A stretch of DNA of 62,060 nt from Rhabdothermincola salaria (GTDB taxonomy: Bacteria; Actinomycetota; Acidimicrobiia; Acidimicrobiales; Acidimicrobilacustridaceae), in assembly GCF_021246445.1 (NCBI RefSeq), contig NZ_JAJQXW010000002.1:806001-868060 (forward strand). Reading direction: 5' to 3'. Below are positions 42,164 through 51,953 of the stretch, one piece after another. The notes below the pieces were generated by a model, which saw only the letters and a program-made list of their open reading frames with translations, was not told the DNA's origin and made no database searches. The translations under genes and the position numbers were made by a program. Every line of letters begins with the position of its first letter. Positions within the stretch are counted from its first letter, which is position 1.

Positions 42164-44719
42164 TCACTCCGTGGCGATGGCGGTGAGCACGTCGAGGCGG
42201 GCCGCCCGGGACGCGGGGTAGAGCGCGGCGCCCACCCCGGCCAAAGCCGCGATGGCGACCATGATCGCCAGTTGGCCGACGGGGATGGTGAAGACGGTGA
42301 TGCCGTCGTCGGCGAGGGCCCGCACCAGGGCCCAGCCGAAGACGAGCCCGATGCCGAGGCCGGTGAACGTGCCGATGAGGCTGATGATCACCGACTCCCA
42401 GCGGACGCTGGCGCGCACCTGGCGGCGGCTCATGCCGACGGCTCGCAGCAGGCCCAGCTCGCGGGTGCGCTCGTACACCGACAACAGCAGCGTGTTGACC
42501 ACCCCGACCACCGCGATGATGAGGGCCAGCGCCAAGAGCACGTACACGATCAAGAGGAACTGGTCGGCCTGGTCGGTCTGGGTCTGCTTGAACTCCGTGA
42601 GGTCCTGCACCTCGGCCCCGGTGACGGGGTCGACGACCGCCTCGAGGTCGGGACGGGCCGCGGCGATGCCCTCGGAGCTCGGGTCCTCGAGGGCCACGTA
42701 CACGGCCTGGTCGGTCTGTTGCTGGGGCGGGAAAAGCGACTCGTAGAGGTCCTGGGTGATCAGCCAGCCGGCGCCCTGAAGGTCGAAGCGGGTCTCGTAG
42801 ACGGCCTGCACCTCGAGGGTGGTCTCGCCTCCCAGCAGGAACGAGGCCGGCAGGGTGGAACCCACGGTGAGGCCTCGTTCGTCGGCCTGGCCGGCGCTGA
42901 TGGCCACGCCGTTGCCCTCGAGGTCCACCAGGCGGCCTTCGACGTCGGTGAAGTCGATGACCTGCACCAGGTCGGCCGGATCGACGGCCAGCACGACCTG
43001 GGCGTCGCCGTCGATCGTGCCGAACCCGGCCCGGAACCCGGCGGCCACCTCCACCTCGGGCAGGGCCCGTAGGTCGTCGGCGACCGACACGGGCAGGGCG
43101 GTGGGCCCGAACCCCTCGGTGGTGACCACGTACTGGCCCCGGACCGAGGCGTCGATGGCGTCGGTGGTGGAGGCCTTGAGCGAGTCGGCGATCACGGCGA
43201 TGAACACGACGAGGCCGACGCCGATCATCAGCGCCGACGCGGTGCTGGCGGTGCGCCGGGGGCTGCGCACGGCGTTCTCGCGGGCGAGCCGCCCGGTGAC
43301 CCCCCGCAGCCGGGGGAGGGGCCACCCGATGAACCGTGAGAGAGGGGGCGCGGTGACCGGACCGAGCACGGCGAAGCCCACGAACACGGCCGCGGCTCCG
43401 GCTCCGAGGACCTGGAGGTCGTCGTCGAGCCCGGCGGTGAGCCCGGCGTAGAGCAGCGCACTGCCGAGCACGACCACGGCCAGGCCGGCCAGCAGGCGGA
43501 TGCGGGAGGCGGAGCTGGTGTCGACCGCCACGTCGCGCATGGCGGCCACCGGGGGGACCGTGGCCGCCTTGCGGGCGGGGAAGATGGCCGAGACCAAGGT
43601 GATGCCCGTGCCGACCAGCAACGACGACACCACGGCCGTGGCGGGCACGATGATCGGCGTCTCCGGGCCGGCGAAGCCGATGGAGCGCAGCAGCTCGTTG
43701 AGGCCGATGGCGAGCAGGATGCCCAGGCCCACGCCGACGGCCGAGGCGCCGAACCCGACCACGAGGGCCTCGAGGAGCACGGATCGCAGGACCTGGCCGC
43801 GGCTGGCCCCGATGGCGCGCACCAGGGCCAGCTCCCGGGTGCGCTGGGCCACGATGATCGAGAAGGTGTTGTAGATGATGAACGAGCCGACGAACAGGGC
43901 GATCAGGGCGAAGGTCAACAAGAAGGTGTTGAAGATCGAGATCAGCTGCTGGAAGGCGCTCTGGCTCTCCTCGGTGAACTCCTCGCCGGTGATGGCCTGC
44001 GTCTCCGGGGGCAGCACGGCCGCCACCCGGTCGGTGAGCTCCTGTTGGCCCACGCCGTCGGCTCCGGCCACCGAGATCCAGTCGAACTGCCCGGGCTCCT
44101 GCACGATGTCCTGGACGGTGGCGGTGTCGAAGAGGGCGGCCTGCACGCCGCCCCAGGTGTCGACCTCCCCGAAGCGGGCGACGCCCACGACCTCGAACGA
44201 CCGGATGCCCTGCTGGAGCGAGACGTCGACCCGGTCGCCGACGGCGAAGTCGCCGTCGGCTGCCGTCTTGGCGTCGAGCACCACCTGGTCGGGGCCCTGT
44301 GGGGGAGCACCCTCGACCGTCCACCCGTTGAGCGCGGGTGACGTCAGCCAGTTGAGGGCGAAGTTGGGGGGTCCGTTGGCCGACACCAACGGCTCCCCGG
44401 TGCGGTCGAGCACCCTGATCTGGCCGATGACCTGGCCCTCGGCCGCCTCGACCCCCTCGACCGCCTGGACGGCGGGCAGCAGCGACTCGTCGATCTTGGC
44501 CCGTTCGGCGCCGAACGGCGTGTCGATCTCGGTGGTCGAGCGCACCACGGTGTCGATGCGGGCGTAGACGTCGGCGAAGACCTTGTCGAAGCTGGCGCTG
44601 ACGCTGCCGGTGAGCACCTGGGTGCCGCTCATGAAGGCCACGCCCAGCAGCACGGAGACGGCGGTGGCGACCAGGCGGACCTTGTGGGCTCGTAGACCCC
44701 GCAGGGTCAGCCGGAGCAT
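42164..44719 (-). CDS. ABC transporter permease (duplicated FtsX/MacB-type)
   Basis: Two FtsX-like halves: NTFSIIVAQRTRELALVRAIGA and NTLLLSVYERTRELGLLRAVG. Confidence 0.93.
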   Translation of the reverse strand: MLRLTLRGLRAHKVRLVATAVSVLLGVAFMSGTQVLTGSVSASFDKVFADVYARIDTVVRSTTEIDTPFGAERAKIDESLLPAVQAVEGVEAAEGQVIGQIRVLDRTGEPLVSANGPPNFALNWLTSPALNGWTVEGAPPQGPDQVVLDAKTAADGDFAVGDRVDVSLQQGIRSFEVVGVARFGEVDTWGGVQAALFDTATVQDIVQEPGQFDWISVAGADGVGQQELTDRVAAVLPPETQAITGEEFTEESQSAFQQLISIFNTFLLTFALIALFVGSFIIYNTFSIIVAQRTRELALVRAIGASRGQVLRSVLLEALVVGFGASAVGVGLGILLAIGLNELLRSIGFAGPETPIIVPATAVVSSLLVGTGITLVSAIFPARKAATVPPVAAMRDVAVDTSSASRIRLLAGLAVVVLGSALLYAGLTAGLDDDLQVLGAGAAAVFVGFAVLGPVTAPPLSRFIGWPLPRLRGVTGRLARENAVRSPRRTASTASALMIGVGLVVFIAVIADSLKASTTDAIDASVRGQYVVTTEGFGPTALPVSVADDLRALPEVEVAAGFRAGFGTIDGDAQVVLAVDPADLVQVIDFTDVEGRLVDLEGNGVAISAGQADERGLTVGSTLPASFLLGGETTLEVQAVYETRFDLQGAGWLITQDLYESLFPPQQQTDQAVYVALEDPSSEGIAAARPDLEAVVDPVTGAEVQDLTEFKQTQTDQADQFLLIVYVLLALALIIAVVGVVNTLLLSVYERTRELGLLRAVGMSRRQVRASVRWESVIISLIGTFTGLGIGLVFGWALVRALADDGITVFTIPVGQLAIMVAIAALAGVGAALYPASRAARLDVLTAIATE

Positions 44720-45507
44720 CAGGCGTCGGGGGAGAGATCTTCTCCGAGGGTGCGCATCCGCTCGAGGACGTCGTCCGCGGTGGGGTCGGTGAGGTCGCCG
44801 ACGACCTTGCCGTCGGCGAGGAAGACCACGCGATCGGCGTAGGCGGCGGCGACCGGGTCGTGGGTGACCATCACGATGGACTGGCCGAAGTCGTCGACCG
44901 CGGCGCGCATGAAGTGCAGGATCTCGCTGCCGCTCTTGGAGTCGAGGTTGCCGGTCGGTTCGTCGGCGAAGATGATCTTGGGCTGGCTGGCGAGAGCCCG
45001 GGCGACGGCGACGCGCTGCTGCTGGCCGCCGGAGAGCTCGCTCGGCCGGTGACCGAGACGGTCGCCGAGGTCGACGGCCTTGATGACCGTGTCGTACCAG
45101 GGGCGGTCGACCTTGCGGCCGGCCAGGTCCATCGGGAGGGTGATGTTCTCGGCTGCGGTGAGGGTGGGCACGAGGTTGAACGCCTGGAACACGAACCCGA
45201 TGGTGTCGCGACGAAGCGTCGTGAGCTGCTTCTCGTTGAGTCGGCTCAGGTCCACGTCACCGATGAACACCTGGCCGTCGGTGAGGGTGTCGAGGCCGGC
45301 GATGCAGTGCATCAGCGTGGACTTGCCCGAACCAGAAGGGCCCATGATGGCGGTGAAGCGGCCTCGCTCGAAGTCGACGGTGATGTCGTCGAGGGCCCGC
45401 ACCTCGGTCTCGCCGGATCCGTAGATCTTGGAGGCGTGCACGGTGCGGGCGGCCGCCGACGGGTTCGGCGCGGGAGGCGGGGGGGCGGAGGTGTCGGTGA
45501 CGGTCAC
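44719..45507 (-). CDS. ABC transporter ATP-binding protein (MacB/LolD-like)
   Basis: GPSGSGKST, LSGGQQQR and DEPTGNLD. TAGGCT -10 element 7 nt before GTG 45507. Confidence 0.93.
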   Translation of the reverse strand: MTVTDTSAPPPPAPNPSAAARTVHASKIYGSGETEVRALDDITVDFERGRFTAIMGPSGSGKSTLMHCIAGLDTLTDGQVFIGDVDLSRLNEKQLTTLRRDTIGFVFQAFNLVPTLTAAENITLPMDLAGRKVDRPWYDTVIKAVDLGDRLGHRPSELSGGQQQRVAVARALASQPKIIFADEPTGNLDSKSGSEILHFMRAAVDDFGQSIVMVTHDPVAAAYADRVVFLADGKVVGDLTDPTADDVLERMRTLGEDLSPDA

Positions 45508-45650
45508 GATCGAGAGCCTAAGGGGGAAACGGCGCCGGAGGGGATCGAGAATCGTCGGGGTCGAGTCGCTCCGGGCGCGCCACGGGGACGACCGGCGGGT
45601 CGCCCCCGTGACGAGGTGGAGGTGGTGCCGGCCGCACGGGCCGGCGGGTG

Positions 45651-46286
<636 letters not shown>

Positions 46287-46356
46287 GTCCGTCGTCTCCG
46301 AGGTCTCGTGGCGGTGGGTCGCCTCACTCTACGGATGCGTCGGACCGAAAGGCGAC

Positions 46357-47589
46357 CTAACAGGTCGGAATTGTGTCCGCCGGACGGTCGTCGAGCAGCC
46401 ACCCGGCGATGGCCGCCCCGATGGCCAGCGATGCCGTGGCCGCCGGTGAGGGCGCGTTCACCACGTGCAGGACCGGCCCCGAGCGGGCGAAGGCGAAGTC
46501 GTCGACGAGGGTTCCGTCGGCCGCCACGGCCTGGGCCCGCACGCCGGCGCCGGCCGGCACCAGGTCGTCGGGGCGCACTTCCGGGACCAGCCGCTGCAGG
46601 GCGGCCACGAAGCGTCGTCGGTCGAGGGAGCGCACGATCTCACCCGCCCCCGTTCGCCAGTACCGGCGGGCGAGGCGCCACGTCGAGCGTCGGGCGGCGA
46701 AGCGGGCGGTGTCGCCGGCCCGCACCGTGCCCCACCCGTAGGCGTCGCGGCCCAGCGCCGGCACCGCGTTGGGCCCGGCGTGCACCGTGCCGTCGATGCC
46801 CCGGGTGAAGTGCACGCCGAGGAACGGGAAGCGGGGGTCGGGCACCGGGTAGACGAGGTGGTTCACGAGGTGGGCGGCCTCGGGGCGCAGCTCCAGGTAC
46901 TCCCCCCGGAAGGGCAGGATGCGCACGGGCGGGACCAGGCCCGAACGGCGGGCCACGACGTCGGACCACGCTCCGGCACAGGTGACGACGCGCTCGGCCC
47001 ACCAGCGCCCCTGGTCGGTGTCCACGGCGACGCCGAGACGGGTGTCGACCAGGTCCTGCACCCCCACGCCCAGGCGGACCTCGCCGCCGTGGTCCTCGAT
47101 CTCGCGCCGCAGCCCCTCGCACACGCCCGGGAAGTCGACCACCCCGGTGGCGGGCACGTGCAGCGCGGCCAGGCCCCGTGCGTGGGGCTCGAGGTCGGCG
47201 AGCCCCGCCGGGCCCAGCTCGTGCACGACGAGGCCGTTGGCCCGGGCCCGTTCGGCCAGGGCGGCCAGGCGCGGCACCTCGTCGGGTTCGGTGGCCACCA
47301 CCACCTCGCCACAGCGCTCGAGGGCGACCCCGTGCTCCGCGCACCAGTCGACGAGAGCGGCTTGGCCCTGCGCGCACAACCGGGCCTTGTGCGACCCGGG
47401 GCGGTAGGTCACCGGCGAGTGCAGCACTCCTGAGTTGTGGCCCGACTGGTGGGCCGCCACACGCGCCTCGCGCTCGAGCACCACGACCGGCCACCCGGGC
47501 CGGGCTCGTTGCAGGGCGCGGGCGGTGGCCAGGCCGACGATGCCGGCGCCGACGACGACGGCACCGACGTGGGTGTCGTGGCCGCTCAG
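46357..47589 (-). CDS. lhgO: L-2-hydroxyglutarate oxidase
   Basis: GAGIVG, HQSGHNSGV, PFRGEY, YPVPDPRFPFLGVH and NAPSPAATASL. The likely start is CTG 47589, overlapping the ppa stop. Confidence 0.88.
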   Translation of the reverse strand: MSGHDTHVGAVVVGAGIVGLATARALQRARPGWPVVVLEREARVAAHQSGHNSGVLHSPVTYRPGSHKARLCAQGQAALVDWCAEHGVALERCGEVVVATEPDEVPRLAALAERARANGLVVHELGPAGLADLEPHARGLAALHVPATGVVDFPGVCEGLRREIEDHGGEVRLGVGVQDLVDTRLGVAVDTDQGRWWAERVVTCAGAWSDVVARRSGLVPPVRILPFRGEYLELRPEAAHLVNHLVYPVPDPRFPFLGVHFTRGIDGTVHAGPNAVPALGRDAYGWGTVRAGDTARFAARRSTWRLARRYWRTGAGEIVRSLDRRRFVAALQRLVPEVRPDDLVPAGAGVRAQAVAADGTLVDDFAFARSGPVLHVVNAPSPAATASLAIGAAIAGWLLDDRPADTIPTC

Positions 47590-48086
47590 GCCCCGGTCCC
47601 GTGGTCGGCGTAGCGCTTGCGCGAGGCCTCGATCTCGGTCCAGGCGGCGGCCTTGTTCTCCCAGGTGCCGGTGACCGAGAACTTCTCGGGCTCGAGCATC
47701 TTGTAGATGTCGAAGAAGTGCTTGATCTCCGAGAGGATCTCGGCGGGCAGGTCACCGATGTCGTCGATGTCCTTCCACCGGGGTTCGTTGGGCTCGACGC
47801 AGATGATCTTGGCGTCGGGTCCGGCTTCGTCCTCCATCCACATCATCCCCACCGGCTTGCAGAGGATGTAGCAGCCGGGGAAGGTCGGGTCCTCGGTGAG
47901 GACGAGCACGTCGAGGGGGTCGCCGTCCTCGGAGAGGGTCTCGGGGATGAAGCCGTACTCGGTGGGGTAGGCGGTGGCGGCGAACAGACGGCGATCGAGG
48001 CGGATTCGACCGGTGTGGTGATCGACCTCGTACTTGTTGCGACTACCGCGGGGGATCTCGATCAGCACGTCGATGGTGTTCTCCAT
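47586..48086 (-). CDS. ppa: Family I inorganic pyrophosphatase
   Basis: EIPRGSRNKYE, DGDPLD, DEAGPDAK and HFFDIYK. CACAAT 7 nt before ATG 48086. Confidence 0.96.
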   Translation of the reverse strand: MENTIDVLIEIPRGSRNKYEVDHHTGRIRLDRRLFAATAYPTEYGFIPETLSEDGDPLDVLVLTEDPTFPGCYILCKPVGMMWMEDEAGPDAKIICVEPNEPRWKDIDDIGDLPAEILSEIKHFFDIYKMLEPEKFSVTGTWENKAAAWTEIEASRKRYADHGTGA

Positions 48087-48236
48087 GTCCGCCATTGTGA
48101 CCCCACGCGCACCGCGTCTTCGAATGCACGAGGCCTTTCGTGACGAGGGTCACGCGCCCGCCGTGCCCCGGACTCGGGACCCGCGGCTCGGACCTCCATC
48201 GCGGCGTTCCCCCGTCGGTGTGCTTCACTCCAGAGC

Positions 48237-49256
48237 GTGACGACCCGCAAGCTCTCCACCACCGACGCCTTCGTGGTCCTCGACCTCGACGACGACGTGC
48301 CCGCCGTGGGCATCGTGCGCAGCGCCCCCAAGGTGCTGGTCGACGGAGCCAGTTGGCTGGCCCGGGCGCAGACCTACCAGTTCGCCTCGTTCGGTCGCCG
48401 CCTCCGGGGTGCCTCGGCCGCGGTCAACGCCGCCCCCGACCTGCGCGACGACGCCGTGGCGGCCTTCATCGACGAGCTGGCCCCCGACCTCGACGCAGGC
48501 ACGCTGCTCCTCGAGCCGGCCAAGGGCCTGAGCGCCGAGCACGCGGCCGCCCTGCGGGCGCACGATCCCCGTCCGGCGTCGTGGTGGGACCAGCGCGACG
48601 AGCTGCGGGCCGATGGCGTGGCGGCCGCGGTGGGCACGGCGGTGCCGGCCGAGGGCTGCCGCGTGGCCATCGAGGGGTTCGACGCCGCCGGGCCGGCCCT
48701 GGTCCGGGCCCTGACCGCCAGAGGAGCCGTCGTCGTGGCGGTGGCCACTCCCTCGGGCACCAAGGAGGTCCCCGAAGGCATCTCCGCGGAGGCGGCCGCC
48801 GAGGCGTGGGCCGCCCACGGGCCCGGCCTCGTCACCGAGCTCGGGGGTGACGCCTCCCCGCCCGGCAGCGTGTTCGCCGCCGACGCCGACGTCGTGGTGG
48901 CCGGCTCCAAGGTGGGCGTGATCGACCACGAGGTGGCGGCATCGGTTCGGGCCCGGGCCATCGTGCCGGGTGGGGCGCTGCCGGTCACCGCCAAGGCCCT
49001 GGCCGTCTTGCGGCGAGCCGGCGTGGTCGTGCTCCCCGACTTCGTCACCACCGCGGGCGCCCTGTTCGCCTGGCCCGTCGACGGTGGCGAGATCACCGTC
49101 GACGAGGCCCGCGCCGCCGCCACCACCGCCATCGTCGAGGTGCTCGCCGAGGTGGCCGATCACCCGTCCGGTCCGCTCCTCGGCGCCTGCGAACGGGCCG
49201 AGGCCTTCCTCACGACGTGGGCGGCGGACCTTCCCTTCGGGCGCCCGCTGGGGTAG
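48237..49256 (+). CDS. Degenerate Glu/Leu/Phe/Val dehydrogenase-like protein
   Basis: LARAQTYQFA, RVAIEGFDAAG and LRRAGVVVLPDFVTTAG align to the ELFV dehydrogenase fold; catalytic lysines absent. Confidence 0.72.
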   Translation: MTTRKLSTTDAFVVLDLDDDVPAVGIVRSAPKVLVDGASWLARAQTYQFASFGRRLRGASAAVNAAPDLRDDAVAAFIDELAPDLDAGTLLLEPAKGLSAEHAAALRAHDPRPASWWDQRDELRADGVAAAVGTAVPAEGCRVAIEGFDAAGPALVRALTARGAVVVAVATPSGTKEVPEGISAEAAAEAWAAHGPGLVTELGGDASPPGSVFAADADVVVAGSKVGVIDHEVAASVRARAIVPGGALPVTAKALAVLRRAGVVVLPDFVTTAGALFAWPVDGGEITVDEARAAATTAIVEVLAEVADHPSGPLLGACERAEAFLTTWAADLPFGRPLG

Positions 49257-49328
49257 GGGCCGACGACCGGTGGGGGCCACGGGGACACGATGGGGAACCG
49301 GGCGGGCCTCGGTGACGTCGAACTCCAC

Positions 49329-49964
49329 ATGACGGCTCCCGCCCACCCGTCGCGGCGCCGGCTGCGTCCCGTGGTCCTGGCGTTGCTCCTACCGGTCGTG
49401 GCGTCGGGGCTCGTGGTCGCGTCGGCGACCCCGGCGATGGCGTGCAGCTGCGTGCCGCTCACCGACGAGGACGCCTTGGAGCGTGCCGATGTGGTGTTCA
49501 CCGGGAACTGGGTCGCCACCGAGACCGGGCTGCCGTACCCGTTCGGTGACTCCGACGAAGGTGTCCGCCTCATCTTCGAGGTCGACGCCGTCTATGCGGG
49601 GGAGGCCCACGAGCGCCAGAGCGTCGTCACCGAGCGCGAGTCGGCCACCTGCGGGCTCGACCCCGATGGACCGGGCCCGTTCCTCGTCTTCGCTCGCCGT
49701 GGGGCCGGGCCTCACGATCCCGCCGCCGAGGAGGGGGAGGTCGTGGCCGATTCGTGCTCCGGCACGAGACGGCTCGCCGTCGGGCCCGTTCCCGCTGCGC
49801 TCGGCCCGCCGACCGAACCGTTGGAGGGCTCGTCGCCGGTGGGCGGTGGCCGACCGGGCGACGTGCTCCTCTGGGGTGGTGTGGGGGCGATGGTCGTCCT
49901 CGTGGCGGTCACCGTCGTGAGGGCGCGGCGTCGCCTCTCCGAGGAGGGCGACGCGGCGACGTGA
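49329..49964 (+). CDS. Exported membrane-anchored protein with TIMP-like N-terminal CSC motif
   Basis: Signal peptide ending AMA, then CSC; ADVVFTG; ATCG; DSCSGT; C-terminal TM helix followed by basic residues. Confidence 0.75.
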   Translation: MTAPAHPSRRRLRPVVLALLLPVVASGLVVASATPAMACSCVPLTDEDALERADVVFTGNWVATETGLPYPFGDSDEGVRLIFEVDAVYAGEAHERQSVVTERESATCGLDPDGPGPFLVFARRGAGPHDPAAEEGEVVADSCSGTRRLAVGPVPAALGPPTEPLEGSSPVGGGRPGDVLLWGGVGAMVVLVAVTVVRARRRLSEEGDAAT

Positions 49965-50009
49965 TCCCCGACCCGGCTGGCGCGGCGGGGCGTCCCTACG
50001 ATCGCCGCC

Positions 50010-51407
50010 ATGGCCGATGACCTGGCGGTGGTGTGGTTCCGGCGCGACCTGCGCCTGGAGGACAACCCGGCGTGGGCGGCGGCCACGGCCGCCCACGACT
50101 CGGTGCTGGCCCTCTACGTGCTCGACCCGGTGCTGCTCGACGCCGCCGGCGCCCACCGCCGAGACCGCTTCCTCCACGATCTCGGCGCCCTCGACCACAC
50201 CCTGCGCGACGCCGGCGGCTCGCTGCGGGTGGTGCACGGGGCCGCGGCCGAGGTGGTGCCCGCCGAAGTCGCCGAGCTCGGCGCCGTCGCGGTGTACGCC
50301 AACGCGGACGTGACCCCCTACGCCACGGCGCGCGACGAGGTCGCGGACCGGGCCCTGGCCGAGATCGAGGTCGACGTCCACTGGTCATGGGGCACGCTCG
50401 TGCACCCGCCCGGTGCGGTGCTCACCAACGCCGGTGACGTCTCGCAGGTGTTCACCCCGTTCCACCGGACGTGGTCGGCCACAGCGCTCGACCCGTGGCC
50501 GGAGCCGGGCGACGCCGAGGTGCTGGATCGACCCGCGGACGGCCTCCCGGCACCGAGCGCGGACTACCCGCTCGTGGGCGGGGAGGAGGAGGCCGCCGCC
50601 GAACCCGGCGAGCGGGGAGCGGCGGCCCGGCTGGCGTGGTTCCTCGAGCGGGTCGACGACTACCGCGAGACGAGGGACCGCCCGGGCGAGGTCGGCAGCT
50701 CGCAGCTCTCGGCCGACCTGCGCTTCGGCACGCTGTCGCCCCGACGACTGGTCGAGATCGTGGGTGACGCCACCGACGGCCGCAAGGCGTTCGTGCGCCA
50801 GGTGGCGTGGCGCGACTGGTACGCCCACACGCTCTGGCGCCGGCCCGACATGGTCACCGAGCCGCTGAAGGCGCAGTTCGCGGCCCTGCCGTGGCGCGAC
50901 GATCCCGAGGGCGTCGACGCCTGGCGCCGGGGCCGCACGGGCATCCCCCTCGTCGACGCCGGCATGCGCCAGCTCGTCGCCACCGGGTGGGTGCACAACC
51001 GGGTCCGTCTGGTGGTCGGCTCGTTCCTCACCAAGAACCTGCTGGTCGACTGGCGCATCGGGGAGCGGTGGTTCCGCCACCACCTCATGGACGGCGACGT
51101 GGCCCAGAACGTCGGCAACTGGCAGTGGGTGGCCGGCACGGGCCCCGATGCCTCGCCCTTCCACCGGGTGTTCAACCCGGTGCTCCAGAGCCGCAAGTTC
51201 GACCCCGACGGCGCCTACCTGCGCCGGTGGCTGCCGGAGCTCGCCCAGCTGAGCGGCGAGGCCATCCACGCCCCCTGGGAGGCCGGGCCCCTCGAGCTGG
51301 CGGAGGCGGGCGTCGTGCTCGACGACACCTATCCGGCCCCGATCGTCGACCTGGGGGAGAGCCGCGAGCGGGCCCTGGGCGCCTACGAGGAGATCCGCCG
51401 GCGCTAG
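50010..51407 (+). CDS. phrB: DNA photolyase / cryptochrome family
   Basis: WFRRDLRLEDNP, TGIPLVDAGMRQL, HNRVR, GNWQW and FNPVLQSRKFD motifs. Confidence 0.93.
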   Translation: MADDLAVVWFRRDLRLEDNPAWAAATAAHDSVLALYVLDPVLLDAAGAHRRDRFLHDLGALDHTLRDAGGSLRVVHGAAAEVVPAEVAELGAVAVYANADVTPYATARDEVADRALAEIEVDVHWSWGTLVHPPGAVLTNAGDVSQVFTPFHRTWSATALDPWPEPGDAEVLDRPADGLPAPSADYPLVGGEEEAAAEPGERGAAARLAWFLERVDDYRETRDRPGEVGSSQLSADLRFGTLSPRRLVEIVGDATDGRKAFVRQVAWRDWYAHTLWRRPDMVTEPLKAQFAALPWRDDPEGVDAWRRGRTGIPLVDAGMRQLVATGWVHNRVRLVVGSFLTKNLLVDWRIGERWFRHHLMDGDVAQNVGNWQWVAGTGPDASPFHRVFNPVLQSRKFDPDGAYLRRWLPELAQLSGEAIHAPWEAGPLELAEAGVVLDDTYPAPIVDLGESRERALGAYEEIRRR

Positions 51408-51420
51408 GGGACCTTCCGGG

Positions 51421-51723
51421 TCAGCTGGCGCGGGCGGCTTCCTGGACGGCGCGGCGGCTGATCGAGCGGGGGGCGTAGCCGGCGGCGGCCCGCTCCTCTT
51501 CGGTCTCACCGCCCCAGAACCCGTTCTCCCGGTTGAGGCGGGCCATCTCCCGGCACGGCATCAGCACGGGGCAGCCGTTGCACATCTTGCGGGCGGCAGC
51601 TTCACGCTTGACTCGACGTTCGGGGCGCTCGCCGGCCAGACCGAAGAACAGGGTGGTGCGTCCCTTGCACGCGGCGTCGTCCATCCACTCGGCACGTTCC
51701 ACGACGATGGTCAACGTCTCCAT
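51421..51723 (-). CDS. WhiB family Fe-S transcription factor
   Basis: WMDDAAC...CNGCPVLMPC...GFWGG (four Cys). GGAGG RBS. Confidence 0.92.
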   Translation of the reverse strand: METLTIVVERAEWMDDAACKGRTTLFFGLAGERPERRVKREAAARKMCNGCPVLMPCREMARLNRENGFWGGETEEERAAAGYAPRSISRRAVQEAARAS

Positions 51724-51786
51724 GACGCCTCCGGGGGACATGGGCCCGATGGCCCAGATGAGGGGGTACGAGAGAGTCAACTCAAT

Positions 51787-51796
51787 TTAGCGCTAA
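51787..51796. promoter_or_regulatory. AT-rich palindrome (LacI-type operator-like)
   Basis: TTAGCGCTAA perfect palindrome within an AT-rich island between whiB and cobA. Confidence 0.5.
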
Positions 51797-51953
51797 TTAG
51801 TTCCGAACGGACTCGATTTCTCGATGCCCCGTGACGGACGTCGCACCAGGGGCCGCCGGAGCGGCGAGGGCGACACCGTTTCGTGGGCCCGTGGTCCTGG
51901 GAGGGCCCTCGCCGCCGACGGGGCCTCAGAGCCGAGCCAATAGTCTCCGGGCC

